Part shown: positions 1 through 15,063 of the stretch, one piece after another | Layout of the letters: every line of letters begins with the position of its first letter | Position numbering within the stretch: position 1 is the first letter of the stretch | From: the human T2T-CHM13v2.0 reference genome, Homo sapiens | Assembly: GCF_009914755.1 (NCBI RefSeq) | Contig: NC_060937.1 | Strand: one strand, 5' to 3' | DNA length: 64,000 nt | Program-made: the position numbers and the translations under genes | The notes under the pieces: generated by a model | The model's input: the letters and a program-made list of their open reading frames with translations, nothing else | The model's database searches: none | What the model was told of the DNA's origin: nothing

Positions 1-1545
1 TTTTAATTCATTGGGTTGCTGTGGGGAGTTAAAAATGCACAAAATGTTTAAAATAGTGCTTGACAAAGATGAAATAAATGTTTTCATTATTACCGCTTTG
101 ATTAATTCACCTCAGGAAATAAGTAAAATGTAAAGCACTAGCCTTCACAATTACAAGGTCTGGGTACCAGCCTTTGTTTCCCTTCTGAGTCTTCAAGAAG
201 TCACAAAACTTCTTTGAACTTCAGTTATTATAATTGTAAGATGCAAGACCTAATACTGATTTCGAAGTGTAATTATAAAAACAGAGAGATAATATTAAAG
301 ATGCTGAAACCTATGAAGTGCTCTACAGATATTATTTAAATCACTATTACTAACTACATATACCTAGTATAGAAAATAAGTATGATCTAAATTGGTGTTT
401 TCCAAATGTGGGCCCAAAGTTCTCTGATCCATGGCAGAATTAGAAAAACTAAGGCTATAACAGAGTCTTCCATTCTAAGACCTTTCCATCTGGGGCTATT
501 AAAATGTCTTTTATTTTATAAGACATTGCTGATAAAAAGTAGTACATTTTTAAAGAGTGTTTTTACTTAATAAGTTCTCAGGAAAAATATTTTTGGAAAA
601 TTTTACAAATCTATCACATCCTAGGGTCTGAGTAACACTGATCCAGTTGAGAGACTCTCAACTTTTCTTCTATCTTCACACCATTGCTAGATGCAAAATT
701 TTCCCCATCACTGATGTTCTCAGTGTGTGGTATCCAATGGGGCTCACTTAGCAGTACATCAGAAACTCTGGTTTGGCCTAAGTAGGTATTACAATTTGAC
801 AAATGCTGTCTACAGATTCTGATATTTCCATCCTATTACAGATTACTAGCTAGCTGAAGTCAGACTAATGAAGTAAGAAAACAATGTAGTCATCTCTAGG
901 CAATTTTGAGAAATATTAGGTTGACGTAACAGATCCAAAGGGGGTATTGCACTGAAATATAGTACTCATGTATTTCCATTCAGTGCCAAATGTGCTAGTT
1001 AATGCCTAAACGAGCAAAAAAGGTAAAGCAAACAATAATAAAAACAACAAATGATGGCTCCCAATTGTCTACAGGCAACTAGCCCTAACCACTTAATATG
1101 ACATACTGGTTTGTCACAGACTGAGCTCACCAACTGTACCAACCTCACCTTTTGCTGCTTCTTATAACACAACTATACATCCTTTGTGAAATGTCTTTCC
1201 CCTTTCTCTAGCAGGCAAAAAAAGAAAAACAAATTCTTTCAAGATGCAATTTAAATGGCCACAGTTCTGCAAGCCATCCTCCGCACCCTTGGCACTTGAT
1301 TTGTTTTTTTCTCCCGAAGGATTTTTGTCTAACTCCAGAGTCAATTACCCACCAAATACATAGGGCTCACATGGGTTTCTCCCACCAAAGGGAGCAATGA
1401 TAAGTTATTTATCTCTATAATGCCAATGAATAAAGTGAAGTACTTAATGAATGAACCCAATGGTCAAGACAAATAGGCTGATCTGAGTGACAATACTTTT
1501 TAAATTAATGTACAAAGTTTATCCTTAAAACATTTGGGACAATAC

Positions 1546-1595
1546 CTGCAATGCAGCCTCCTCAAGAATTTCAAGGTCTTCTTCTAATTCATTAC
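1546..1595 (-). CDS. MYCBP2: MYCBP2 small coding exon
   Basis: acaacag/GTATTG; 50 nt; GNELEEDLEILEEAALQ; phase continues from the 4094-4181 exon. Confidence 0.92.
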
Positions 1596-2183
1596 CTGTT
1601 GTGTAAATAAAGAGTTTTACTAAAATATGTCAATATTTAGTTTAGTTTAATTTTCTAGTCCTTTGCATTCATTACACTTTTTTTAAAAAAATAATTCTGC
1701 TATTCCAGATTGAAAAGATTTGTGATTCTGGAAAAAATCCTAGTGGCATACAGTTTAATATATAAGATACTTCCAGTGGGAATATACTACAATTCTCAAG
1801 GCAATACTCAAGAAGCATCCATGGGTGATTTGCCAAAGATATATCCTACATTTATGAATATAAATGTATACTTTCTGAACTTAGTGTATTCGTTTTGTCT
1901 AAAAAAAGAGGGAACAAATTATTTCAGATCTGGGCCTTTATATTTTGGTTGCCTTACAGAAGAGCTATGACTTTAGTAAACAACAGGGACTCACAGAAAA
2001 ATATAAGGCAGTGACTGCATCCCCTAGCCATTTTCTCCTTTATTAGTTAATATAGAACATATTTTATTTATTGATCTTTCTTTGATAGTTTAATTATTAA
2101 ATGTTACTAATAAAGTAATACTTGTTCAATGGGAAATACTCAAATTGTATAGGAGTGTAGAACAAAAAATTCTAAACCTCTAA

Positions 2184-2578
<395 letters not shown>

Positions 2579-4093
2579 TCATACTTTTTTGTAATATACA
2601 GAGTAATGTATGCAAAAATGGGACCTTCTTCTGCAACTTGCTTTTCTCAATATAATTTGGACAGCTTTCCTTGTTAGGCTGTATAGGTCTACTTTTTCAA
2701 AGAGCTGCATATACTACCATTGAATGGCTATGCCATTACTTATTTAACCAGTTCCCAACTGAAAGACATTTTGGTTGTTTCTAGGTTTTACAATCACAAG
2801 CACTGCTATATTAATCCACCCTTCAACATACACTTTTTGAGTATTTGTGCAAGTATGTATAAAAATTTTCTATGTCAAAAAGTATATATAATGTAAAATT
2901 TAACAGCTATTGACAAAAATAGGTTGCTAGCAATTTTCCTCATGTGGCTAGAATACAAGGTCTCATTTCCATACATATATACCAATATTAAGTGGGAGAA
3001 AAGGGATGGAGAAGAATAAAAGGGACCAGGAAGAGAAAAGGGAATAAAGAAGGAAAGGCAGAGGAAGAAAAGGGAGGAAAAAAATAACAGTGGGAAGAGT
3101 AATCTTCAATGAAGGAGTAAAGATGGATTTTGGGGGGGTAAGAAAATAAAACTTTAAACCATGTATAAATATTAGAGAATCAGTAAGCATTTTTACTTTC
3201 AACTTTACTCCCTTGATTATAGATTAATCTATATATCATACAAATTTGCTCCATATAAAAAAGTACCATTTCTGCCACTGCCTCATCTCTGTTCTGCTTC
3301 AATGAAAAATTCTTCTAAAGAGCTACCTATATTCAAATGGACCGCCCTTCCTTACTTTCCATTCTCCCTCTCTACTCTGAAAGTACTTACAGTTCTCTCA
3401 TTTTGCTAACATATTTCTTATTGCATATACAAGCAACCAACAAGTCTTCAAGTCCAATGATAGATTTTAATTCACTTCTCAGAGCATGCAAAAATCCCAG
3501 GAGCATCCCCTCTCCTGGTTTCTCTCCTCTTCACTGACTGTTCCTTCACAGTCTCATCTGCAGCCTCCTCTTCCTGTTCTGTGCATCTTTGAAATTTTGA
3601 TAAGTCACAGCTTTAATCCTAAGCTATCTTCTCTTTCTTATCTACTTGCTGTAGAATATCTTTCATACAGTCCCATGTCTTTAAATAACGATCATATTCA
3701 ATTACATTTCTATCGACCTGTTCTCTGATCTAGACAATGAGTATTCAGTTGTCTACTTGATATTTCCACTAGAATATTTAAGAAATATCTAGAACTTTTG
3801 GTTTAATACTATATATTCAGTGCTTGGCTGAATATACACACTATACCCACTGCCTGGCTCAAAGCATGTATATGCATAAAAAGGGTGTCCATGTGCGTGT
3901 GTAAATTAAAAAAGGTCAGAGGATACCCTTCAGTCTCTAAACAAACTCAAATTACCAGTACATGAAGCAGTTATTGCTCATGAATATATGAGATTACAAA
4001 ATTCATTTTGCAAATCTATTTTTGGCCCTTTTATAATACATACAAAACAAAACAAAACCCTATCAAAAAACATCCAGTATTGGCCACACTTAC

Positions 4094-4181
4094 CAATAGG
4101 AAGTGCTAGGTCCTTCTTCATCAGAGCTGCTGCACAAACCCCACCAAGATTGGCTAATTCTTTTTCCAGTTGGATGACTCC
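4094..4181 (-). CDS. MYCBP2: MYCBP2 coding exon
   Basis: ttccatag/GTAAGT; 88 nt; GVIQLEKELANLGGVCAAALMKKDLALPI. Confidence 0.95.
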
Positions 4182-4680
4182 CTATGGAATTGCATAAAAT
4201 TTGCTGCTTTAAAAATGTTTGAATGATAATACGGATTATCAACAAAATGTGATTTGAATTCAAGCATTACTTTTGAAATGAGAAGGAAGCACGTGAAGCT
4301 AATGGTTAAATTGAGAGTAGATGAGATTCAGTACTCAATGTTGTGGCTCAGGCTGGTTATAAGGTTCAGGTTTAAAGGTTCATTGTTCAAATAACTGTTC
4401 ATTCATGACTTTGGCCCACTTTGTCCTTGGTTTTATCTTATTGTATGATTTAAAACATTTAGACAAGATGATAGCCCCTTTTTGAAAACAGGTTCTACTG
4501 TTTACTCAGAAAGGTATAGCCAACTGAGCAGGTTCAGGGCAGGTATAACTATACTTCAAAGGCTGGGTCATGTTGCACAAACTCCATCCTCTTCATGTAT
4601 TAAAAGTAGCAAAACAGACCACTGCACATAAACTACAAAAATTTAGAATTGCACACCCCTAGGTTAAAATTAATTTCTTT

Positions 4681-4800
4681 TTATTTTTTTTGTAGAGAAA
4701 GGATTTCGATATATTGCCTAGGCTGGTCTCAAACTGTCTCAAGGGATTCTCTCACCTCTCAAAGTGCTGCAATTACAGGTGTGAGCCACTGCACCAGGCC
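4681..4800 (-). mobile_element. Alu left monomer/FLAM-like fragment
   Basis: tttgtagagaaagg...gtgagccactgcaccaggcc; single monomer only. Confidence 0.8.
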
Positions 4801-4912
4801 CCAATTTTTCGAATAGAGGCAACAGTACAATTTAAGTCAGTTAGAAGCACAACTCACTAGCCCTTAGAAACACAATCTTCCTTAAAAGAATGAAAAGATA
4901 ATTCATTCTTAC

Positions 4913-5031
4913 CTCATCAGGTCCAGGGCTAAATTCATATCCAATTGCAAAACACTTAAAACCATAGAAAGAAGCTTTGTCATCTTTCACATAATCTGAT
5001 GCAGTCTCCAATGAAAAAAGGGCCTCATTTC
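4913..5031 (-). CDS. MYCBP2: MYCBP2 coding exon
   Basis: ttttattag/GTAAGA; 119 nt; GNEALFSLETASDYVKDDKASFYGFKCFAIGYEFSPGPDE. Confidence 0.96.
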
Positions 5032-5968
5032 CTAATAAAAATGCCAGAATTGAGTTCAAACTCTAAAACAATTTTATAAAAATTTCCCTGTCTTTTATCC
5101 AATGGACTTTCTCTTTTATCACAAGATAGGTAAAAACACAAATCATATACTACATAACTTAAATAAACTTGCGGCGGGGAGCGTTCCTATATCTACTTGA
5201 GGAAACTGTACCAAAAATAACACTAGAAACAACAGGTCTATCGCAAATGAATTGTTACTTTTTTTCATAATCAAACTCCCCTGCTTAATAAAGTACTTCA
5301 GTTACATGGGCAATCATTTTTCAATTATTTGTCAAATACTGAGGTTAGCCTTTTTATTTTTCAAAGTGGGCAATCCTCTACCCTGGAGTGTGGCTTTTTC
5401 TGATCTTTTCCCAAACAAACAAACAAATAGGCAGGTCAGAGTGGAAAGAAGAAGTTTCTGAAATGAAATTGCCTATTAGTTTGAAGGATCACAAGAGTAG
5501 TCCTGGTTAACTGGTTAAGAATGCAACAAACCATAAGTTTTAAAACATAGTTTCTCTTCACACAAGAAAGTGGTTTACGAATTCTCTTACAATGAAGGAC
5601 TTCAGTCCTTAGGTAAGTTCTGAAAATTTAGCACTTCCTGGGAAAATAAAAGATCTAATCCATTGTTTTCTATAATTTGGACCCAACTACACAGACAGCT
5701 AGCTACTCCTCAACGTTAACACTCTGCTTTGCTCAAGCTAATCTTTTTTTCACAAAATCCTTAAAACATTGTCTTCTCCAAAACTCAGATCAGGCTGTGC
5801 CCCTTGCCCAGGGTACCTTATTTATTCCTCGAATGCAATCCAGATACATAGTAGGTCTTTAATAAATTTCTCTAAAAATTAGATAAACATTTTCAATGAT
5901 ACACCCTTACTAAATATACATAAATGCACTTATTTTACCACATAAAACAGAAGAAAAAAAAAACTTAC

Positions 5969-6194
5969 CTGGCAACACCAAAACCATAGTAGGCCACCCA
6001 GAGGATCCTGAAAATTTCTTTAATTCTATCCATGAATTAAGATTTTCATGAACAGATGTCAATTTTGGTCCATATCCTGAATTCTGAACAGTTCTGACAG
6101 GAATCAACAAACGAAGGACATCTTCTGACTGTGCAGTACCACACTGAGGGTCAAATTCGATTGTCATCCACCTCACACATTCTGGGAATGTCAC
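5969..6194 (-). CDS. MYCBP2: MYCBP2 coding exon
   Basis: acctcag/GTAAGT; 226 nt; VTFPECVRWMTIEFDPQCGTAQSEDVLRLLIP...SGWPTMVLVLP. Confidence 0.96.
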
Positions 6195-6606
6195 CTGAGG
6201 TCAACAGGCAAAGTGACATGAATACAGATATATATATACACAAACATACACATCTGCATCTGTATGTGTGTGTGTGTCTATGCTTTTATTAAATGACACA
6301 ACAGGATAAAGTACAAAATTAAAATAGAATAAAATGTTACCTATGACAGAGAAGGAGGAACAGAGTAAAGAGGACAGAGATAAAAGCTAGATTTGTTTCA
6401 TAAATTTGACTTCAAAGTATGTAATTATGTAAAGAATTATAAAACAAAATCCAAATTTAAAAAGCAATTCCTAAAATCTAAGATAAAATAAATGACTCTC
6501 TAAGTGTATATCCAATGAATGCATAATCATGCAGAGGGAGCATTCCAACTTACTTTAAACACAGTAATTTGACATACACTTAGATGGGATATACTTCAAA
6601 GACAAA

Positions 6607-6609
6607 ACA

Positions 6610-6660
<51 letters not shown>
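6607..6660. repeat. (CA)n microsatellite
   Basis: About 27 CA units with one interruption. Confidence 0.95.
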
Positions 6661-6661
<1 letters not shown>

Positions 6662-8061
6662 AAATGAAATAATTTAATGATTTTCTAATTCTGATATTCC
6701 CAGTGTCACTAATAGGAATTTTAGATATAAGAGAAAGGAGACTGAGGTGTGTCTGTGGTCCTTGTTTGAATTAGTATCAACAGTATAAACTCATGAGGTA
6801 TTTTATCTTTAAAAAACTATACACATAAATCTATCTGTACATAAACATATATACATTTATGTATATACATATATAAATATAACATGTGTGTGTATGTATA
6901 ACAGAAATCAGGACACTTTGAAAAAATGGTTAGTTCCAAGTCTGAGGCATCAAACATATAAAGGGAGCCTGGAACATCTTATCCTACCAGAAAGCAAGGA
7001 AGCTAGGAATGACTGCAAGAGGGGTGTCTGAAAGAACCAGCAGGTAAGCTGAAGAGGCTCCCATCTAACAAATACATAGGATCCAGTTTCTTCAACAAAT
7101 AGAACTCAAGGGAACAAAAAGAGAGAGAGACAGAGGGAGACTTATAGATTTAAAGGGACTTAAGATTAAAGGGGACTTAAGAGACATACTAATCACAATA
7201 TATGGATTTTATATGGATTCTAACTCAAATTATTAAAAATTTACATGATGTTTGCAGACATTAAATTGTTTTCTTCAATGTGATAATACTATGGTTATAT
7301 TTAAGGGTCTTTATATTTTGGAGACATTGTATCAATAAATATCATAAATGTGCTTTAAAACAATATAGGAGGTTAGGAAGTAGGTTGGGAATAAATAAGA
7401 CAGGTCTGACTAACAGTTGAAACTGCTGAATCTGGGATGATGGATAAACAAGTGCACTGTACTAGCTTGTTTACTTCTATATGCTTAATAGTTTCTACCA
7501 TGAAAAGTGGAATATTTTACAAGCACACAAAATACAAGTTTATCCTTCTCTTCCTTAATTTGCATGATACAATGAAAAAACAAAGAATACGGATTTTGAA
7601 TACTCTCTAATAACATTAAATTTATAAACATTTTATACATAGTTTTTTTAACATTATGTATAGACTACTTTAAATCTTACATTGGGGTTGTAAATTTTCA
7701 GAGCTCAGGCTGTGGTACAAATAATGTTAGTTCAAAAAATACAATTTAAAATTGTTAATGCTTATATCTACTACTATTGCAAATCACAGCATGAAGTTTA
7801 GCATTATATACCACACTATACTTGTAGGAAGATTTAAGAACAACTCTCATAAACCAATAAAATTTTATCATCTTTGAGATAAAAATTCCATCTTAAATTA
7901 TTTTATATATCCAACAGTGCCTAATCACCTGCTGATTCTCTATATGTAAATACTATAAAAGAAAATACACTTGTAAATACAGGCCAGGCATTCTTTAAGA
8001 TATCATCAGAGAACCTCATGCCAAGTTTTACATTCGAATCACACTAAGAACCGGTGCCTAC

Positions 8062-8280
8062 CTTGTAATGCATCACACAGGCAGGTTTATACGGGTGCTC
8101 ACTCTCTATGACAGCATAGTGACTGGAGGTTGTACAAGCAGAGAGGCCCTGTTCAGGCTGGTTTCCTGTGGTGCTATCTGTCGACTGATTAGGGTTGAAG
8201 GCAGGCGGTGCATACTTCTGATTCAAAATGGCAACTGACGGAAGCAATTGTTGGACAAGGCCAAAGACTTCTACAGCCAC
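8062..8280 (-). CDS. MYCBP2: MYCBP2 coding exon
   Basis: gtactag/GTAGGC; 219 nt; VAVEVFGLVQQLLPSVAILNQKYAPPAFNPNQ...ESEHPYKPACVMHYK. Confidence 0.96.
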
Positions 8281-8760
8281 CTAGTACACATATAAAAATA
8301 TGGTTAAATGAGATACACGTGAAAGTGGTTCTAAAATTATGCATTACAATAATTGTTGGTTACTCTAATAACAATTTCCATCTAAATTTTCCACTAGTTA
8401 AGTTTTTGTCCAAAGAGAAATCTTTCAATTGATTAAAAAAAGATTTATCTTAGATGTTACATGACAATATCTAAATCTATATTTTTAAAAACTTGTTTTT
8501 TCATGATCTGAAGTAAATCAGGTTTTACTTAATTATGCCAAAGAATCAATAGTTTATCATTTCTTCCATCTCTTGAATATGTCACTATTTTAAAACACTC
8601 TTATCCTTTAACATTGCTATTGTTATTAATGAAGACCATTTGGCATCAACCTCATAAATGTGAAAAACCTCAGTTAACATAATCTTTCCTTACATATCAT
8701 ATTCCTAAAATTGCTAAAATCTATTTCCCATTCACAGATTCTTCAAATGTAAAGCCAACA

Positions 8761-9085
<325 letters not shown>

Positions 9086-9247
9086 CTAAGAAGAGAGAAG
9101 TTTAATAATTAGCAGATCTATCTCTGCTTGTTACCTATATCCCAGATGCCTCAAAGATGCAAGTTTTTGTAAAGACAAGACACAAAGTCTTTTTTTAAAA
9201 AAGATATTTAAAAAAAACATTCAAAGTTATAGAATTAAATTACACAC

Positions 9248-9348
9248 CTTGGGAATAGCAGCAGCTACTGGTCCTATGTAGGCTATAATAAGGGGGAGCA
9301 GCATGGAAAACAGACTGGAAGAACTCAGCAGTTCTGGAATGTCATCAG
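9248..9348 (-). CDS. MYCBP2: MYCBP2 coding exon
   Basis: tttttttag/GTGTGT; 101 nt; ADDIPELLSSSSLFSMLLPLIIAYIGPVAAAIPK. Confidence 0.95.
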
Positions 9349-10196
9349 CTAAAAAAAGGCATAAAAGGCATTAAAACTATAGTCAGAAGGTAATTTCATT
9401 GTACTGCATACATGCTGTACTAAATCTATATTCTGCTCTTTTGAGCGAAACTATAGTTGACACCAATTGGGTGCTTGTCAAGGGCCTGGTACTATTCTAA
9501 AGGCTTTTGAGAATACATGCCTTATCTCAACTAATACTCACAATAAGATACTTTTATTATCCCCAATTTTCAGAAAGGAAAACCATGGCACATAGGGTTT
9601 AAGTATCTTACCCAAAATACTTAATACATAAGTACATGTACCTGTAAAATAATAGAGCTGGAATCAGAACCTAGGGTAATGGAGTCTTTATTTTAAATTA
9701 CCATTCTGGCACCAAACATGGCTGTATCAGTGACATTAGGCAAATTACTTACTCTGTAACTTAGGTTCACAACAGTATTCCTCTCATTTGGATGTTGGGA
9801 AGATTAAACGAGGTAATATATGTAAAACACTTAGAACAACACCTACACATATTCAGCACTCCAAAAATGTTTACTGTTATTAAGCTACATTGCTTTCTGT
9901 TTTTCCAAGAAAAGCACTTTGCTGATTAACATTTTAGTCAGTTATCCATGAACATGGTGCTGGAAAGATAAGCTGAGCCTATACTGTGAAGACCTTTATT
10001 TTATAAGCCAATTATTCTCCCAAATACTGATTCCTAGGTCTGCTGTTATATCAAAACAGGCTGCACACTTATTTAAAAAATAGTTTTTTAGCCTAGCTTC
10101 AGGACCTGGGGATAAATCTAATAGTCTTTATTTTCAGCAAGCTTTCCAGGTGGTTCTGATGTTAAACTAGGTTTAGGAATTAATGTTATACAATAA

Positions 10197-10508
<312 letters not shown>

Positions 10509-11125
10509 ATAACCATGTTTTCATAATGATAACTCTGCTGCCAGTGTGAAGAATAACTAAACAACTAGATGGAGAATGGGGGAAAGGCAGCAGTGAGATT
10601 ATCGGGATATTAACCCTATATTAAAAAATGAAATGTACTTGCACCATGGCAGTCTAAATGACAGCAGGAGAAGAAGTGAAAGAGAGGAGAATACAAACTA
10701 GAGAGATTCCAATGGAAAAACTCATAGAGCTGAATTTAGACAAGTGCCTCTGAGGAGATGGTTAGGGTACCCCAGAGTTTTGGGTGGATAGCGATACATT
10801 ACTGGAAAAAGAACAGAGAGGAAGAAAAAGCTTTTTGATTACTAAAAGAAGAATAAAGACCCAGTTTAACTCAAATACAATTTTTCTTTTACTAAATTAA
10901 CTAAGAAAATAAGAATATATGGTAACTCCTTTTGAGCATTCTAAATAATTCTGCATTACAGTATGGAGAGTGTGACCTATCCAAAATTAATCCATGGGTG
11001 GATCTATAAATAACACTTAGATTCTATAAAATTGTATAATAGAAGGCTCCTCTTCAATAATTCTATGCAAAAATTTAGTGAATAAAGAATCTAAAATATG
11101 ACTACTGAGAAAGAAAAAATATTAC

Positions 11126-11268
11126 CATCCACAGCAAGAGCTCTGTGCAGGAGGTCCTTAGAGGCTCGAACGACAGTGCTTACAACAGACAATGCTCTGC
11201 TACAGTTTTTATCTTCTTCATTGGCTTTACTCAGAAGTTGGGATTGTAAATCTCCATCAAATTCACTC
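11126..11268 (-). CDS. MYCBP2: MYCBP2 coding exon
   Basis: gctacag/GTAATA; 143 nt; SEFDGDLQSQLLSKANEEDKNCSRALSVVSTVVRASKDLLHRALAVD. Confidence 0.95.
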
Positions 11269-11527
11269 CTGTAGCATGAGCAAACATGAGATTATTTTAC
11301 AATGGTAAGTAAAACATGATCCAGTGCCAGAAATCATATCTAGATCTGAGATCCTCATTTAATTTATAGCTTTTTAAAAGTTAAAAAAGTAAACATGCAA
11401 CTATACAATTATAGGGAATGATAAGGGCTTTGAAGAAAAACAAAGCAGCATAGGGCATAAAGTGAAGGGTGTTATTTTAAATAAGATCAGTTCTCCGAGG
11501 AACTCATATTTAACAAAGACCTGAATT

Positions 11528-11831
<304 letters not shown>

Positions 11832-13944
11832 GACCTGAATTTTTTTTTTTTTTTAAAGACCCACGCGAAGAGCTGAGGGAAAACTGTCAGGGCAAAAGGA
11901 ACATACTGGTGAATTAAAGGAACAGAATGAAGACATGTATGGCTGGAAGAAAAGGAGAAAGAGTGAAGCGTGATGGGTGGGAAGGGAAACAAGAGTCAAA
12001 TTGTGTAAGGTTTGTAGGCCACATAATGACTTTACATTTTATACTGGTATGAGAATGGGAAGCTGGGTTTGGAGCAAGGGTGGAACTTGGTATGATTTAT
12101 ATTTTTATCAGATCACTCTGGCTGTGCTGTAGAGAACTGATTGTAGGAGACCAATAGTGAAAGGAGGGAGACTAGTTTAGAGGCTTATTACAGTTAGCAG
12201 GTAGAGGTTGCAGTGGCTTGGTCTAGACTATTAAATATGGAAGTAGAAGAAAAGGTCACATTTAGGACATTTTAGAAGTACAGCTGACAGGACTTCTTGA
12301 TGAACTAGGTGTAAAGTATGAGGGAAAGAGAAGTCCAGAATGACTCCAAGGTGTCTGGCTGTAACTGTGGAAGGGAGATGAATATTCTAGCCACATGAAA
12401 CCTCAGATGTCTACTAGCCAACTATAACGAACATCCTTAAAGAGAAAGTGCAGCATTCTGGTTAAGGGTGTATCACCTGAAATCTGACTTCCTGCCTACA
12501 AGTCGCAGTAGCGTAACTTAACAGAGGTGTGACTCTAGACAATTCAGCGTCTCAGTTCCATCATCTGTGAAACAGGGATAAGGAAAGTACCTACCTCCTG
12601 GGGTTACTGTGAGGACAAGGTGAAATAACACAGGTAACATACTCAAAGCATGTCCTGGCACACAGTAACTAACACCATCTCCACTAGTGTCATCCAAATG
12701 AAGATGTCAGAAGAGAGACCCGGAGTCCAGGGCTCAGAGGTCATGAAGGCTAGGGATGTAAACTTGGGAGCTATCAGAGCAGGATGGTATTTAAAACTAA
12801 AGGACTTTAACATTTTTCATTTATAAAAAATGTAAAGCTAAGGGTATTTAAAGCTTAATAGAAAACATGAAAATACTCAAAACACTGTATTTTGTATAAG
12901 ATATAAAGTTTGGATGGCAGATGCTCTTAGTGGCTCTCCAGCTTTCTGAAACACGTAACTCTTACGCATAACAGAGTTTTTAATCCATAGTTTAAGAAAG
13001 AGAATAATGTACTATTTATTGTAGTGCTTATGTAACAGAAAGCTTTTCTTGACTGGGGCAAAAGACTAGACAGCTTTTGTATTTCAGCAGCAACAATGAA
13101 CTACATAGCTATTTGCTGCCTGCTATTTCTATTCTATTTCTGATGGAAAGAGGAAGCAGAAAATCTATATCTAGGGAAATTATTTTATACTATCTACGTA
13201 GGCACCATCCCTAGACTCTTCATGAAGGAAAGAGAGGAAGCAGCAAGCCTCTGAAAGTGACATGGAAATTCAGTGATTTAATGCCAAGTCAGGCTGAGGA
13301 CAAATGTGGTAAATGGTACTCATGACTACCTAAGACGCCAGCTTTGCCGCTACAAGAAAAATTCAGACTCAGTGAGAAATGTTTATTTAAAAGATTTTTT
13401 TAACCCAAGGGTTGTTATCATTCTTTTATTTTCCAAGGTTTACATAAGGAATGGTTTTTGTTAAAAACATTATAAGAAACACACTATTATATATTCTAGG
13501 GCCCCAGGGGGCAGGTCCAAGATTCACAGACATCAAAATATTCTGTGACTAGATAACAAGATCAAGGCAACACCACTATCTGAGTACAGTCTATCTGATC
13601 ATTAGTTTGAGGTATTTTATAAAAAGAAATGAATATCCTTTAAATTTGAAATTGCAGACCAGAAATTATAGAGTGACAGCAACAGCACATATGCCCAGTA
13701 CACAAACATTTCAATGATATTGAAGAAATAACAGCAAAAATATTTTAAAGCATTAACTTTTGTAGCAAACATTGAATTTATATATTAAAAAGAGATTTCT
13801 TTATATGAATTTGTACAAGTATGTGCTAAGAAGATACACTGTACAATTTAATTATAAGTATCCAGTTAGCAATTTTACCTGGTAGTAGACTGTGTATGTT
13901 CTACCACTGTAAAGTATTTCCGTTATCTCTATACATTCACCCAC

Positions 13945-14123
13945 CTATAGTAGAGTATCTGTGGGATCTGTCCTCTGGTTTGGTTTGTGCCGTTACTGCT
14001 CAAGCTGCACGTGCTGAATGTGAATGTCACACCATCAGGGCACTGAACTGTGGTCATTCCTCCATCTCCATTGGCTGTACGGCTTCCATAGTTCCTCAAG
14101 CGCACAGCATATTTAACATTTTC
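13945..14123 (-). CDS. MYCBP2: MYCBP2 coding exon (end of PHR2)
   Basis: ataatgaag/GTGGGT; 179 nt; ENVKYAVRLRNYGSRTANGDGGMTTVQCPDGVTFTFSTCSLSSNGTNQTRGQIPQILYYR. Confidence 0.96.
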
Positions 14124-14278
14124 CTTCATTATAAAGATGTAAAACATCTTTTATTCACAATGTACAGAGGATATATAAAAAGAACTCTAGCAGTAAAATA
14201 GGCAAATATACTGAAATTCTTTGTCATATTTACAGATGATATAATTAAATAAGTTTTTAATGAATCAAACACGATGAC

Positions 14279-14515
14279 GGCTAACATTTACTGAACACCT
14301 GTTGCATAAAAGCAACTGTCCTAACTACTTTATGGAATTTAATTAATCCTTAAAATGACCTCATAAGGTAAGTATCATTACTATCCCTATTTTACAGATG
14401 AGGAATCTGAGGTTCAGAGAAGTTAAGTAACTTGTTCAAAGTCACGCAGCTAGTAAGTGATGGAACTAGGTCTGAACACAACCAATGTAACTAGTGCCTG
14501 CTCTTAATTTTACTG
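14279..14515. mobile_element. MIR SINE
   Basis: Core ccctattttacagatgaggaatctgaggttcagagaagttaagtaacttg. Confidence 0.8.
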
Positions 14516-14532
14516 CTAGAATATTAGCCATA

Positions 14533-14793
14533 CTATATATATATAATATATATTATATATATAATATATAATATATAATATATATTATATATATAATATA
14601 TAATATATATAATATATATTATATATATAATATATAATATATAATATATATTATTATATATAATATATATTATATATATAATATATATTATATATAATAT
14701 ATATTATATATATAATATATATTATATATATTTTAAATATAAATATATATTATATATATATAATATATATATATTTTATATATTATATATATA
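14533..14793. repeat. AT-only microsatellite, (TATAA/TA)n, ~260 bp
   Basis: Continuous A/T-only repetitive tract. Confidence 0.95.
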
Positions 14794-15063
14794 TTTTTTT
14801 TTCTGAGACAGGATCTTGCTCTGTCACCCAGCCTGGAGTGCAGTGGTGCAATTTTGGTTCAATGTGGCCTCCTCTTCCTGGGCTCAAGCAATCCTCCCAC
14901 CGGTGTGTTCCATCACACTCAGTTAATTTTTTAGGGTGTTTCTGTAGAGATAAGGTCTGACTATATTGCCCAGCCTAGCCTCAAACTCCCAAGCTCAAGT
15001 GATCCTCCCTCCCTGGTGTCTCAAAAGTACTGGAATTACAGGTGTGCGCTACTGTGCCCGGCA
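14794..15063 (-). mobile_element. Alu (AluJ-type, diverged)
   Basis: gagacaggatcttgctctgtcacccag...; tail abuts the AT microsatellite. Confidence 0.88.

Noticed and set aside
614-1344. Short - strand ORFs 614-802 and 1162-1344 as further MYCBP2 exons
   Set aside because: No resemblance to MYCBP2, non-ATG starts and no matching splice sites
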